Shown here piece after piece: positions 56,727 through 64,000 of a stretch of DNA of 64,000 nt. Source of the stretch: an uncultured Pseudomonadales bacterium. GTDB taxonomy: Bacteria > Patescibacteriota > Microgenomatia > UBA1400 > UBA12108. The notes under the pieces are model-generated. The model saw only the letters and a program-made list of their open reading frames with translations, made no database searches and was not told where the DNA came from. Position 1 is the first letter of the stretch, and every line of letters starts with the position of its first letter. The stretch spans positions 9,092 to 73,091 of the forward strand of contig CAZCUC010000002.1 of assembly GCA_964502225.1 (NCBI GenBank). The letters run 5' to 3'. The translations under genes and the position numbers were made by a program.

Positions 56727-57791
56727 TTACTCCGCTAGTTTTTCCTGATCTTTTTCGACTTTTTTGATTTTGTCCCAAATAGCTTTTTCAAGCTTTTCCA
56801 TGAGCTCAGGCTTTTCTTCAAGAAGCGCCTTGGTAGCTTCCCTCCCCTGGGCGAGCATGGTGCCATCGTATTTGAAGAATGAGCCGGACTTTTCGATAAT
56901 GCCTTTGTCGACTGCAACGTCGAGGATACCACCAGAGCGAGAAATGCCACTTTCGGTCATATCAAACTCGGCCACCTTGAAGGGGGGCGAGACTTTGTTT
57001 TTGACAATTTTGGCCCGATGATGAGAGCCAATGATGACATCACCCTCGGTAATGTTGCCGATTTTGCGCATGTCGATACGAACCGAGGAATAAAATTTGA
57101 GTGCCTGGCCACCGGCAGTTGTTTCTGGGTTGCCAAACATGACCCCGATCTTCATGCGGAGCTGATTGGTAAAGATCATGACGGTATTGCTCTTGCTGAT
57201 CGCACCAGTTAGTTTGCGCAGTGCTTGAGACATGAGGCGGGCTTGCATACCCATCACGGCGTCACCCATCTCTCCCTCGATTTCGGCTTTGGGAACCAAG
57301 GCGGCGACAGAGTCGACCACAATGACATCGACAGCACCGGAGCGGATCAAGGTCTCGGCGATCTCTAAGGCCTGCTCACCGGTATCTGGCTGAGAAATAA
57401 GGAGCTCGTCGAGATTGACGCCCACGGCACGAGCACGAGCAGGATCGAGTGCATGCTCGGCATCGATAAAGGCGGCAGTACCACCAGCTTTTTGAGCCTG
57501 GGCGATGACATGGAGACAGACAGTGGTTTTGCCACTGGCTTCTGGGCCGTAGATCTCGGTGATGCGACCGCGGGGGAACCCGCCGATACCTAGTGCGAGA
57601 TCGAGAGCCATGGCCGAGGTGGGGATAGAGGCGATGTCCATATGGTGAGAGGTGCCGAGCTTCATGATGGAGCCAGTACCAAACTGCTTGTCGATCTGCT
57701 CCATGGCCACTTTAATTGCCTGAAGTTTCTCTGATTGTAGTGCGCTCTTTGGTGCTACAGTTTTATCTGCTTTGTCGCTATTTTTTGCCAT
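56727..57791 (-). CDS. recA: Recombinase RecA
   Basis: [24 protein letters not shown] and ALKFYSSVR. Confidence 0.98.
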   Translation of the reverse strand: MAKNSDKADKTVAPKSALQSEKLQAIKVAMEQIDKQFGTGSIMKLGTSHHMDIASIPTSAMALDLALGIGGFPRGRITEIYGPEASGKTTVCLHVIAQAQKAGGTAAFIDAEHALDPARARAVGVNLDELLISQPDTGEQALEIAETLIRSGAVDVIVVDSVAALVPKAEIEGEMGDAVMGMQARLMSQALRKLTGAISKSNTVMIFTNQLRMKIGVMFGNPETTAGGQALKFYSSVRIDMRKIGNITEGDVIIGSHHRAKIVKNKVSPPFKVAEFDMTESGISRSGGILDVAVDKGIIEKSGSFFKYDGTMLAQGREATKALLEEKPELMEKLEKAIWDKIKKVEKDQEKLAE

Positions 57792-57894
57792 ATATTCCTT
57801 TCTTTAAATAATTATTTATTACGGTTAATTAATCTCAGTATATCCTACTATCGGACTAGTTTGCATTTTTGTTATATTTTGTTATACTCTCCTT

Positions 57895-57949
57895 ATCACG
57901 ATGACTGGACTAGCCTAAGGTTTCGACCGACCGCGAATGCCAGTCTTTT
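57895..57949 (+). ncRNA. Candidate antisense small RNA overlapping the NYN gene 3' end
   Basis: TTGCAT-N16-TATACT promoter (57861-57888); GACTGG...CCAGTC-TTTT hairpin. Confidence 0.4.
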
Positions 57950-58451
57950 GATATTCAAGTGCTTTTCTCAGTAAATCAATCCTTACGATATAGCTATCCT
58001 TATTAAATCTCCTGAGTAAACTGGAGTAGTGATTTGTGGGTGCTAATACTTTTAATAACTTCTTATTTGCTTCGAGATATTCTACTAAACAGAAAAAATC
58101 GCCATCTCCTGAGACAATGATCGCCTTGTCGTAGTGCTTGTACTCGATCATGGTGTGTAATACCAGTTCGGCATCGACATTCCCTTTTACAATGACTTTA
58201 TCACCCTCTTTGTGTTCAAGAGTTGGTTTGAAAATGCAAATATATCCTGCTTTCTTAAGTGAAGCGTAGAGTGGTTCGTTGCCTTGGATAAGACCGATAA
58301 ACAAGTAAGCTTTAGACACATGATATTTGTCGGTTAAGTAGCGGCGAAACTTGGCGAAATCTAGCGTCCAACCCTGAGACTTGACACCTAGGTTAAGGTT
58401 TTGACTATCAATAAAGGCGTAAACTATTTTTTCTTTCGTTTTCTTTTCCAT
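57915..58451 (-). CDS. NYN domain (LabA/DUF88, PIN-like) protein
   Basis: FIDSQNL, KGNVD.EL, VSGDGDF and S.LL. Confidence 0.9.
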   Translation of the reverse strand: MEKKTKEKIVYAFIDSQNLNLGVKSQGWTLDFAKFRRYLTDKYHVSKAYLFIGLIQGNEPLYASLKKAGYICIFKPTLEHKEGDKVIVKGNVDAELVLHTMIEYKHYDKAIIVSGDGDFFCLVEYLEANKKLLKVLAPTNHYSSLLRRFNKDSYIVRIDLLRKALEYQKTGIRGRSKP

Positions 58452-58465
58452 GCTTCCAATTTATC

Positions 58466-58488
58466 CCAAACACTACCCGAATGTCAAC
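58466..58488 (-). promoter_or_regulatory. -35 box plus direct-repeat operator candidate (shared with 16814-16835)
   Basis: Minus strand GTTGACA-TTCGG-GTAGTG-TTTGG, ending 14 nt before the ATG. Confidence 0.55.
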
Positions 58489-58526
58489 GGGATCAAAATA
58501 TCACGTCACTTATTAATTTGTGTAAT

Positions 58527-59087
58527 TTATGTCAATAATTCAGGAAGTCCAATTCTGGATAAGTATCCTGAGAATCTTTGAGATAGTTCCTCACGGAACA
58601 ATTCACTTAAACTTGCCAAGTAAATTTCCTTCTTTCTATCGTATAGAAATTTTCTAGGTAATGTAAAAAAGTGCTTAAAATCTAATATTAATTCTGGAAT
58701 TAAGTAGTCTTCATGCTTACTTAAATAATGATATCTTTTATACTCATCATTTTTTCTTAGTTTCTCTAACTCCCGGTTACTAAAAACTCTCATTGGCCAA
58801 TCATCGATTTGTTTGCCTAGTGCAAATTGTTCTATGTGATATGCGGGACATACCAGCATTGATCTTAAATACTTGTCATTATTACTTTCCTTGCCGCGAC
58901 TATTGTAATCTTGTTCTATATCACAGTCTTGACTAAGTATTACTGCATATTCTAAAGAAACATGATCCTTTTCTGTATCTAATCCAGCATCACCCACAAC
59001 GAAATCGAGGTCTTTCAGTATGTCTCCTTGATATAGTCTTGAATTAGGACTTTTCCTATACTTCTTTTTAATCTTGCTTTTGAGCAT
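58527..59087 (-). CDS. Hypothetical protein, possibly PemK/MazF-like fold
   Basis: LYQGDIL, AVILSQDCD, LVCP, ILDF..FFTL and L..L...REELSQRF..Y.SRIGLP. Confidence 0.6.
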   Translation of the reverse strand: MLKSKIKKKYRKSPNSRLYQGDILKDLDFVVGDAGLDTEKDHVSLEYAVILSQDCDIEQDYNSRGKESNNDKYLRSMLVCPAYHIEQFALGKQIDDWPMRVFSNRELEKLRKNDEYKRYHYLSKHEDYLIPELILDFKHFFTLPRKFLYDRKKEIYLASLSELFREELSQRFSGYLSRIGLPELLT

Positions 59088-59259
59088 AGTTAATTGTACC
59101 GAAAGATGTTCTTTTTACAGTGTAGCTTTGATTATCACGGGAAAGAACTGCGTCTGTTTCGTCAGGATAACCATTTTCAGTTGTTTGAGGTGTCCCTGAG
59201 AAATCCTGATAATCCGTAGAATCGGCATGATTTGGTTGATATATATTTAATCCATCCAT
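59068..59259 (-). CDS. Small acidic, probably disordered protein
   Basis: 63-aa ORF starting 3 nt after the upstream stop and overlapping the downstream start. Confidence 0.5.
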   Translation of the reverse strand: MDGLNIYQPNHADSTDYQDFSGTPQTTENGYPDETDAVLSRDNQSYTVKRTSFGTINYAQKQD

Positions 59260-59262
59260 ATA

Positions 59263-60000
59263 CTATTTATTCATCAGACTTCTTAAGCCATCTTTTATGG
59301 ATAATTCGAACAAACTTAGTATTTTAGAATGATAATTTTCAAGAACATCATTCAAGTATAAACCTTCAACATCTAATGGAAATTTTGAGTAAACGTTGTA
59401 ATCTAGGATAAAAAATTTATCAACTATTTCGCTTGGAAATTTTGGATTCCAAAGGCCGTAATTCAAGCGAATATCTCCAACTTCATCCTTAATTACTATT
59501 AATCCCATTAATCTAGCAAGTGATTTACTATTCTCTATAGCAAAACTGATTGGTCCCAACATTTTTTCGTTAATGTATTTATTCCAATTTAAAGGATCTT
59601 CTTCCTCTATTTTAATTTCATTAATAAAGCGGAGTCTTAGTTTCGTTACTGTATTAATTTTAAATTTTTTTACAAAATCTTCAACAATTGGAATACTCTC
59701 AATAACCTGCTTAAATCCAACGTATTCCGAATACTCAATCGTCAAGGAAACGGGTGAAAAGTTAATTTTAGTTCTTCGTGACTTATCGTAGATATTCCAC
59801 GCTGAAATTGCATGTGCAACCTGTTTAACTTCTTTGGTTTTGAAGTTAAAGTTTATCAATCCTTCTGCACCTGAAACTTCTTCAATTATGGGAAATTCTT
59901 TTTCGTATTTGGTATGAAAAGCCTTTAGTTTTCCCAACTCAACTTTATCAAAATCTATACCCAAAACGACTTTTTTTAGAAAGTTTCGTTTATACGTCAT
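59263..60000 (-). CDS. TIGR04255-like protein
   Basis: Y..N.L..V...I.F N-terminus, Y..Y..F, L.LRFINEI and ILD...; AT-rich; GGAG SD. Confidence 0.7.
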   Translation of the reverse strand: MTYKRNFLKKVVLGIDFDKVELGKLKAFHTKYEKEFPIIEEVSGAEGLINFNFKTKEVKQVAHAISAWNIYDKSRRTKINFSPVSLTIEYSEYVGFKQVIESIPIVEDFVKKFKINTVTKLRLRFINEIKIEEEDPLNWNKYINEKMLGPISFAIENSKSLARLMGLIVIKDEVGDIRLNYGLWNPKFPSEIVDKFFILDYNVYSKFPLDVEGLYLNDVLENYHSKILSLFELSIKDGLRSLMNK

Positions 60001-60093
60001 AATTATCTCCGTCAACTACGAATTGTATCACATCTAAATAACGAGGGTTTCAATAAGATTCCCATGATTGCAGATAACAAAAACAGGATAGGT

Positions 60094-60123
60094 TTAGCGC
60101 TTGGGTGATTGCTTGGTGCGGCG
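60094..60123 (-). pseudogene. Displaced second copy of the rpsI 3' end (RRTKQSPKR-stop)
   Basis: CGC CGC ACC AAG CAA TCA CCC AAG CGC TAA, 75 nt downstream of the functional copy. Confidence 0.85.
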
Positions 60124-60154
60124 AGTCATCCTACGCTAAAGCTACGGACTGACT
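60124..60154. repeat. Hairpin element between the two rpsI 3' ends
   Basis: AGTCA-TCC-TAC-GCT-AA-AGC-TAC-GGA-C-TGACT. Confidence 0.75.
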
Positions 60155-60168
60155 GCGAACAAGAAAGA

Positions 60169-60630
60169 TTAACGTTTCGGTGATTGTTTCGTTCTTCTGG
60201 CCTTGCCACCGGTGCCGATCATGCGGCGCTGACGGGTGCGAGAGTCGCGAGTCAAGAGACCAGCGGATTTGAGAATACTGCGGAAAGCTTCTTTGTCGAG
60301 CGCTGATAGAGATCTGGCAATACCGTGGACAGTGGCATCGAGCTGACCCATTTTGCCGGATCCAGCCACTACGACTGAAGCGGACATTTTGGTTAGAGTT
60401 TCTGTGATGATAAAAGGTTTGCGATAAGCGGCTTTGGCAGTTTCCCCTGGGAAATACTGCTCTGCTGGCTTGCCATTGACGATCATTTGGATACCATCAA
60501 AACCAGGAACACTAGCAGATTTGTACAGTCGAACGCGAGCGTTGGCGGTTTTCCTGCGACCAACAGCGTAGGTGTAATTAGCTTTACTAGTGGTTTTACT
60601 GGTGGTTTTTTTGACGGTTTCTTTAGCCAT
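60169..60630 (-). CDS. rpsI: 30S ribosomal protein S9
   Basis: GRRKTA.ARV, GQ..A..HGIAR.L, GLLTRD.R and Q.SPKR. Confidence 0.97.
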   Translation of the reverse strand: MAKETVKKTTSKTTSKANYTYAVGRRKTANARVRLYKSASVPGFDGIQMIVNGKPAEQYFPGETAKAAYRKPFIITETLTKMSASVVVAGSGKMGQLDATVHGIARSLSALDKEAFRSILKSAGLLTRDSRTRQRRMIGTGGKARRTKQSPKR

Positions 60631-60633
60631 AGG

Positions 60634-61062
60634 TTAATCCTCTTTTTTAAATTGAGCAGTATGTGGATGGACATCTGACTTGTATACTTTTAAGCGAGAC
60701 ATACGTGGATCCTGGAGCTTGTTCTTGGCAAGCATACCGTTTACGGCGTGCTCAATGACTTTGCGTGGATCACGATCCATGAGACGACCGGCAGATTCTT
60801 GACGGAATCCCCCAGGCTGACCTGAGTGGCGAGAGTATTGTTTGGCGAGCAATTTGTTGCCGGTCAATTTGATATCTTTGGCATTGATCACGACGACAAA
60901 ATCACCCATATCCATATGGGGAGTGTAGTCGACTTTGCCTTTACCAGTTAAGAGAGTAGCAATTTTGGTGGACAAACGACCTAAAGTTTGACCCTGGCAA
61001 TCGATCAAGTGCCAAACTCTTTTGATATCGGCTGTTTTTACCATGGATGTTTGTTTTTTCAT
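60634..61062 (-). CDS. rplM: 50S ribosomal protein L13
   Basis: W..ID.....LGRL and YTPH.D.GD.VVVINA. Confidence 0.97.
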   Translation of the reverse strand: MKKQTSMVKTADIKRVWHLIDCQGQTLGRLSTKIATLLTGKGKVDYTPHMDMGDFVVVINAKDIKLTGNKLLAKQYSRHSGQPGGFRQESAGRLMDRDPRKVIEHAVNGMLAKNKLQDPRMSRLKVYKSDVHPHTAQFKKED

Positions 61063-61574
61063 TATTTGTCGCCTCTCTTACCAGTGCGTTTAACTAATTT
61101 GGGAGCGGCTTTGGTTGCTTTAACTACTTCGGGTACTACGGCGGCTACCTTCGTTGCCTTGGGAGCTGATTTAGCCTTATTGGGCTCGTTAGCCGAATTT
61201 GATTTGGGAGTGACGACCGATTTTTTGGTGAGGGACAGACGCACGAGAGGAGCGTTGTCCCCTTTGCGGTTGCCGATCAAAGTCAGATTGGTGTAGCCAC
61301 CGCGAACCTCTTTGTAGAGAGGAGCGATCTTCTCGAAGAGCTTTTTGACCAATTTGCCTTCCTGAACATAAGCCTGCACCATACGACGATTCTGAATAGA
61401 ATCAACTTTGGCACGTGTGATAAGCTTTTCGAAAATGGGGGTAACAGCTTTGGCTTTGATTTTGGTGGTGACAATAGCCTCGTGCTCGATCATCGAGTAG
61501 ACAAGGTTTTTCATCAAAGCCAATCTAGCTTGTGAATCACGACTTAGTTTGTAACCACTAATGTGTTTTTTCAT
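61062..61574 (-). CDS. rplQ: 50S ribosomal protein L17 with a Lys/Ala-rich tail
   Basis: KLSR....R.AL, I.TT..KAK, GGYT and R.GDNA. Confidence 0.95.
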   Translation of the reverse strand: MKKHISGYKLSRDSQARLALMKNLVYSMIEHEAIVTTKIKAKAVTPIFEKLITRAKVDSIQNRRMVQAYVQEGKLVKKLFEKIAPLYKEVRGGYTNLTLIGNRKGDNAPLVRLSLTKKSVVTPKSNSANEPNKAKSAPKATKVAAVVPEVVKATKAAPKLVKRTGKRGDK

Positions 61575-61591
61575 ATATTTACGTTAATCCG

Positions 61592-62491
61592 TTATTTGGT
61601 GCGGGTAAGCCCTTTCGAAGATAAAGCTTCGTCAATTAACCCGAGCGATTTACCGCCGAGGTTTTTGACAGTTTTTAAGTCTTTGTCAGTGGCGGTAGCA
61701 AGTTCGGCGGCTGTTTTGTAACCAGCGGCTTTTAAGGCATTGGTCACACGAGTAGGTAGACCAAGATCGTCGGTCATAACGCTACTGGCAGAAGAAGGAA
61801 CAACACTGACATCTTCGGCTACAGCGGGATCGACAATTTGGTTAAAGGTAGCAACCAAGATACTAGCCGCTTCTTTGAGGACTACTGAAGGTAGACGTGA
61901 ACCATCGGTATAGATCTCCATGACAACTTTGTCAAAATCTGTGCGACGGCCGACACGAGTAGATTCTACTTTGTAGGCAACACGCTCGACGGGAGAATAG
62001 ATGGCATCGATCGACATTTGACCGATAGCTGAAGCTGGGCGTTCGTCGGCAGGAGAGTAACCATAACCAGTCCCGATTGTGAGTTCGAGATCTAGTTTGC
62101 CATCTTTACTGAGAGAGGCAATGACTGCGTCACCGTTGACGATTTTGACCGTAGCGGGGGCGACAATGTCTTTGGCGGTTACAGTGCAGGGACCTTTGGC
62201 ACTGAGTTTTGCGACAACTGTCTCGTCGCCTTCGTAGGCAACCTTGACTGATTTGAGGTTCAAAATCAAGTCAATCATATCTTCACTGAGTCCAGCTAAA
62301 GTGGAGAACTTGTGGTTGACACCGGCAACTTTGACTTCTGTAATTGCGGCACCACGGAAACTGGAAAGTAAAACACGGCGGAGTGAGTTGCCGAGAGTGT
62401 GACCGAAGCCAGTAACTAGTGGTTCAATAGAAAAAACACCATAATTTGGTTTTTCTTCGATGACTTTGACGGAAAAATTCATAGATTGCAT
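61592..62491 (-). CDS. rpoA: RNA polymerase subunit alpha
   Basis: EPL..GFGHTLGNSLRRVLLSS, IDA.YSPV and KNLG.KS. Confidence 0.97.
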   Translation of the reverse strand: MQSMNFSVKVIEEKPNYGVFSIEPLVTGFGHTLGNSLRRVLLSSFRGAAITEVKVAGVNHKFSTLAGLSEDMIDLILNLKSVKVAYEGDETVVAKLSAKGPCTVTAKDIVAPATVKIVNGDAVIASLSKDGKLDLELTIGTGYGYSPADERPASAIGQMSIDAIYSPVERVAYKVESTRVGRRTDFDKVVMEIYTDGSRLPSVVLKEAASILVATFNQIVDPAVAEDVSVVPSSASSVMTDDLGLPTRVTNALKAAGYKTAAELATATDKDLKTVKNLGGKSLGLIDEALSSKGLTRTK

Positions 62492-62514
62492 GATAACCCC
62501 CTTTATATAGCTTA

Positions 62515-63126
62515 TTAACGGGAATAAAACTCCACAATTAATTGTTCGTTAATAGCCTCAATAATGTCGCTTCTTATAGGTAAGCGAGTAACCTTGCCGA
62601 GTGCGGCTTTTCTGTCTAACCAAGCGGCCGATTCTTTCTCTTTGTCGGCGAGAAGTACTTTGATATAAGGTATTTCGGTGGCGGTCTTGGAGAGAGAGAT
62701 GACGTCGTTTAGCTTAACTTTGTAGGAAGGAATATTGAGTTTTTTGCCGTTGACCATAACGTTGCCATGGCTAACCAACTGACGTGCTGAGGAGCGAGTA
62801 GGCGCAAATCCGAGTCGATAAACACAGTTGTCCAGGCGGCGCTCTAGGAGTGAAAGCATAACCTCACCAGTAGCAAGGGGATTTTTGGAGGCTTCGACAT
62901 AGTATTTTTTGAACTGGCGCTCAAGAATGCCGTAAATGTTTTTGGCTTTTTGCTTTTCGGCCAATTGGACGCCGTAATCGGAGACTTTGCGGTTACCACC
63001 TTTGCGACCGTGAGCTCCTGGGGGAGTACCAATGCGACGCTCGAGTTTGACACCACTAGTTTTGAGCCCTAGATCTACTCCGAGTCTACGAGCTTTTTTA
63101 TTTTTTGGACCAGTATAGCGAGCCAT
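62515..63126 (-). CDS. rpsD: 30S ribosomal protein S4 (no Zn-binding Cys)
   Basis: MARYTGP, LERRLDN.VYRLG, ARQLV.HG and LIVEFYSR. Confidence 0.97.
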   Translation of the reverse strand: MARYTGPKNKKARRLGVDLGLKTSGVKLERRIGTPPGAHGRKGGNRKVSDYGVQLAEKQKAKNIYGILERQFKKYYVEASKNPLATGEVMLSLLERRLDNCVYRLGFAPTRSSARQLVSHGNVMVNGKKLNIPSYKVKLNDVISLSKTATEIPYIKVLLADKEKESAAWLDRKAALGKVTRLPIRSDIIEAINEQLIVEFYSR

Positions 63127-63130
63127 ATTT

Positions 63131-63165
63131 TTTTAGATTCCAGATTCTAGATTTTAGATTCTAGT
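63131..63165. repeat. 7-mer tandem repeat (5 units) between rpsK and rpsD
   Basis: TTTTAGA TTCCAGA TTCTAGA TTTTAGA TTCTAGT. Confidence 0.8.
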
Positions 63166-63177
63166 TATAAATAATGT

Positions 63178-63549
63178 TTAGCCGTGGCGTGGCTTTTTGG
63201 CACGGGTGCCGTTGTGTGGAATAGGAGTAACATCTTGCATTTCGGTGACTTTGATCCCGATCGTACGCAGGACACGGAGAGCGGCATCGCGACCTGGACC
63301 TGGACCTTTAATAAAGACAGTAGCGGCGCGCAAACCCATACCTTTGGCGGCATCTACTGCGGCCGTGATAGCCTGGGTAGCGGCGTAAGGAGTAGACTTG
63401 CGTGAACCTTTGAAACCTACCTTGCCGGTAGAACTCCAGTTGAGGACGTTGCCTGTCGAGTCAGTTACGGTAACAACAGTGTTGTTGAAAGTAGCTAAGA
63501 TATAGATGCGACCGTCGGTAATGGTCTTGGTGTTACGGGAAATAGCCAT
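63178..63549 (-). CDS. rpsK: 30S ribosomal protein S11
   Basis: TFNNT, GFKGSRKSTPYAA and DVTPIPHNG. Confidence 0.97.
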   Translation of the reverse strand: MAISRNTKTITDGRIYILATFNNTVVTVTDSTGNVLNWSSTGKVGFKGSRKSTPYAATQAITAAVDAAKGMGLRAATVFIKGPGPGRDAALRVLRTIGIKVTEMQDVTPIPHNGTRAKKPRHG

Positions 63550-63550
63550 A

Positions 63551-63946
63551 TTATTTAGCTCCTCCTACTTTAGCGGCATCTTCTTTTTTCATGGCTCCGA
63601 TAGTCTTGCGCTTACCACGTAGAGTACGAGCGTTGGTTCTAGTGCGTTGACCGCGAACTGGGAGACCGACAGAGTGACGCGATCCACGATAACTACTGAT
63701 TCGCTTGAGACGCTGGATGTTTTCACGGATTTCTTTGCGGAGGTCACCTTCGACTTTGAATGATTCGAGTGCTTTCTGGAGTTTGGCAACCTGATCGGCT
63801 GTAAGATTTTTGGCGCGGATGTTGCCGTCAATTTTGCAGGTAGTGAGGAGGGTTTGAGAGATTTTTGGGCCAATACCATAAACGTAGGTCAAGGCGACCT
63901 CAATACGCTTGTTTTCTGGTAGGTCAATTCCGACTAGACGTAGCAT
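63551..63946 (-). CDS. rpsM: 30S ribosomal protein S13
   Basis: ALT.VYGIG, EGDLR and LPVRGQRTRTNART. Confidence 0.97.
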   Translation of the reverse strand: MLRLVGIDLPENKRIEVALTYVYGIGPKISQTLLTTCKIDGNIRAKNLTADQVAKLQKALESFKVEGDLRKEIRENIQRLKRISSYRGSRHSVGLPVRGQRTRTNARTLRGKRKTIGAMKKEDAAKVGGAK

Positions 63947-63949
63947 AAT

Positions 63950-64000
63950 TTATCCTTGACGTTGTTTGTGGCGAGGATTCTCGCAAACTATAAATAAAAC
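63950..64000 (-). CDS. rpmJ: 50S ribosomal protein L36, 3' part (runs off the window)
   Basis: Hand translation VLFIVCENPRHKQRQG-stop. Confidence 0.92.
   Translation of the reverse strand, partial: VLFIVCENPRHKQRQG

Noticed and set aside
57792-57860. SOS box upstream of recA
   Set aside because: Only a poor match (ATCGG-N5-TTTGC) to the direct repeat seen at 16814 and 58466, and no Cheo or E. coli-type box.
59299-59310. GGATAATTCGAA as a sixth palindrome copy
   Set aside because: Only a partial half-site; the right arm is not complementary.
1-64000. CRISPR array, rRNA, integrase or transposase
   Set aside because: No regularly spaced repeat-spacer array, rRNA-like tract or recognisable recombinase/transposase ORF. 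The 28-bp palindromes are separated by whole genes or many kb.
1-64000. Alternative genetic code (UGA = Gly, as in Gracilibacteria/SR1)
   Set aside because: Conserved genes are full length under code 11, and TGA ends several genes (e.g. gltX, the BRO-N gene) with ATGA overlaps.

Overview
Chromosomal window of a small-genome bacterium using the standard code (table 11). The gene set and style suggest Patescibacteria/CPR, probably Microgenomates; this is an inference, not a computed placement. The left third holds metal-homeostasis and accessory genes: Zur-ZIP, an ArsR-YHS/CopA/CopZ operon, NRAMP, three peptidase-E paralogues and several hydrolases. The middle holds translation and housekeeping genes: tRNA-Gln, a T-box-controlled csaA-proS, gltX, aspS, recJ, cca, a very short RNase P RNA, secDF, uppP, miaA and two ABC-2 exporters. 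The right end holds HU, rny, recX, recA, an AT-rich islet and the rpmJ-rpsM-rpsK-rpsD-rpoA-rplQ-rplM-rpsI cluster. No CRISPR array, rRNA, integrase or transposase was seen. The most notable unexplained signals are: (1) a family of five 28-32 bp palindromes with compensatory changes, three bracketing a TrpR-like gene and a hydrolase like cassettes and one lying in frame inside miaA; (2) a synonymously recoded duplicate of the rpsI 3' end separated from the original by a hairpin element; (3) a three-gene TIGR04255-like / small acidic / MazF-like islet next to a NYN nuclease with a candidate antisense RNA; (4) a Pro T-box with an ultrashort stem I; (5) a pervasive -10 + 6 nt + ATG leaderless architecture. 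All family calls come from motif recognition by eye; no database search was run.
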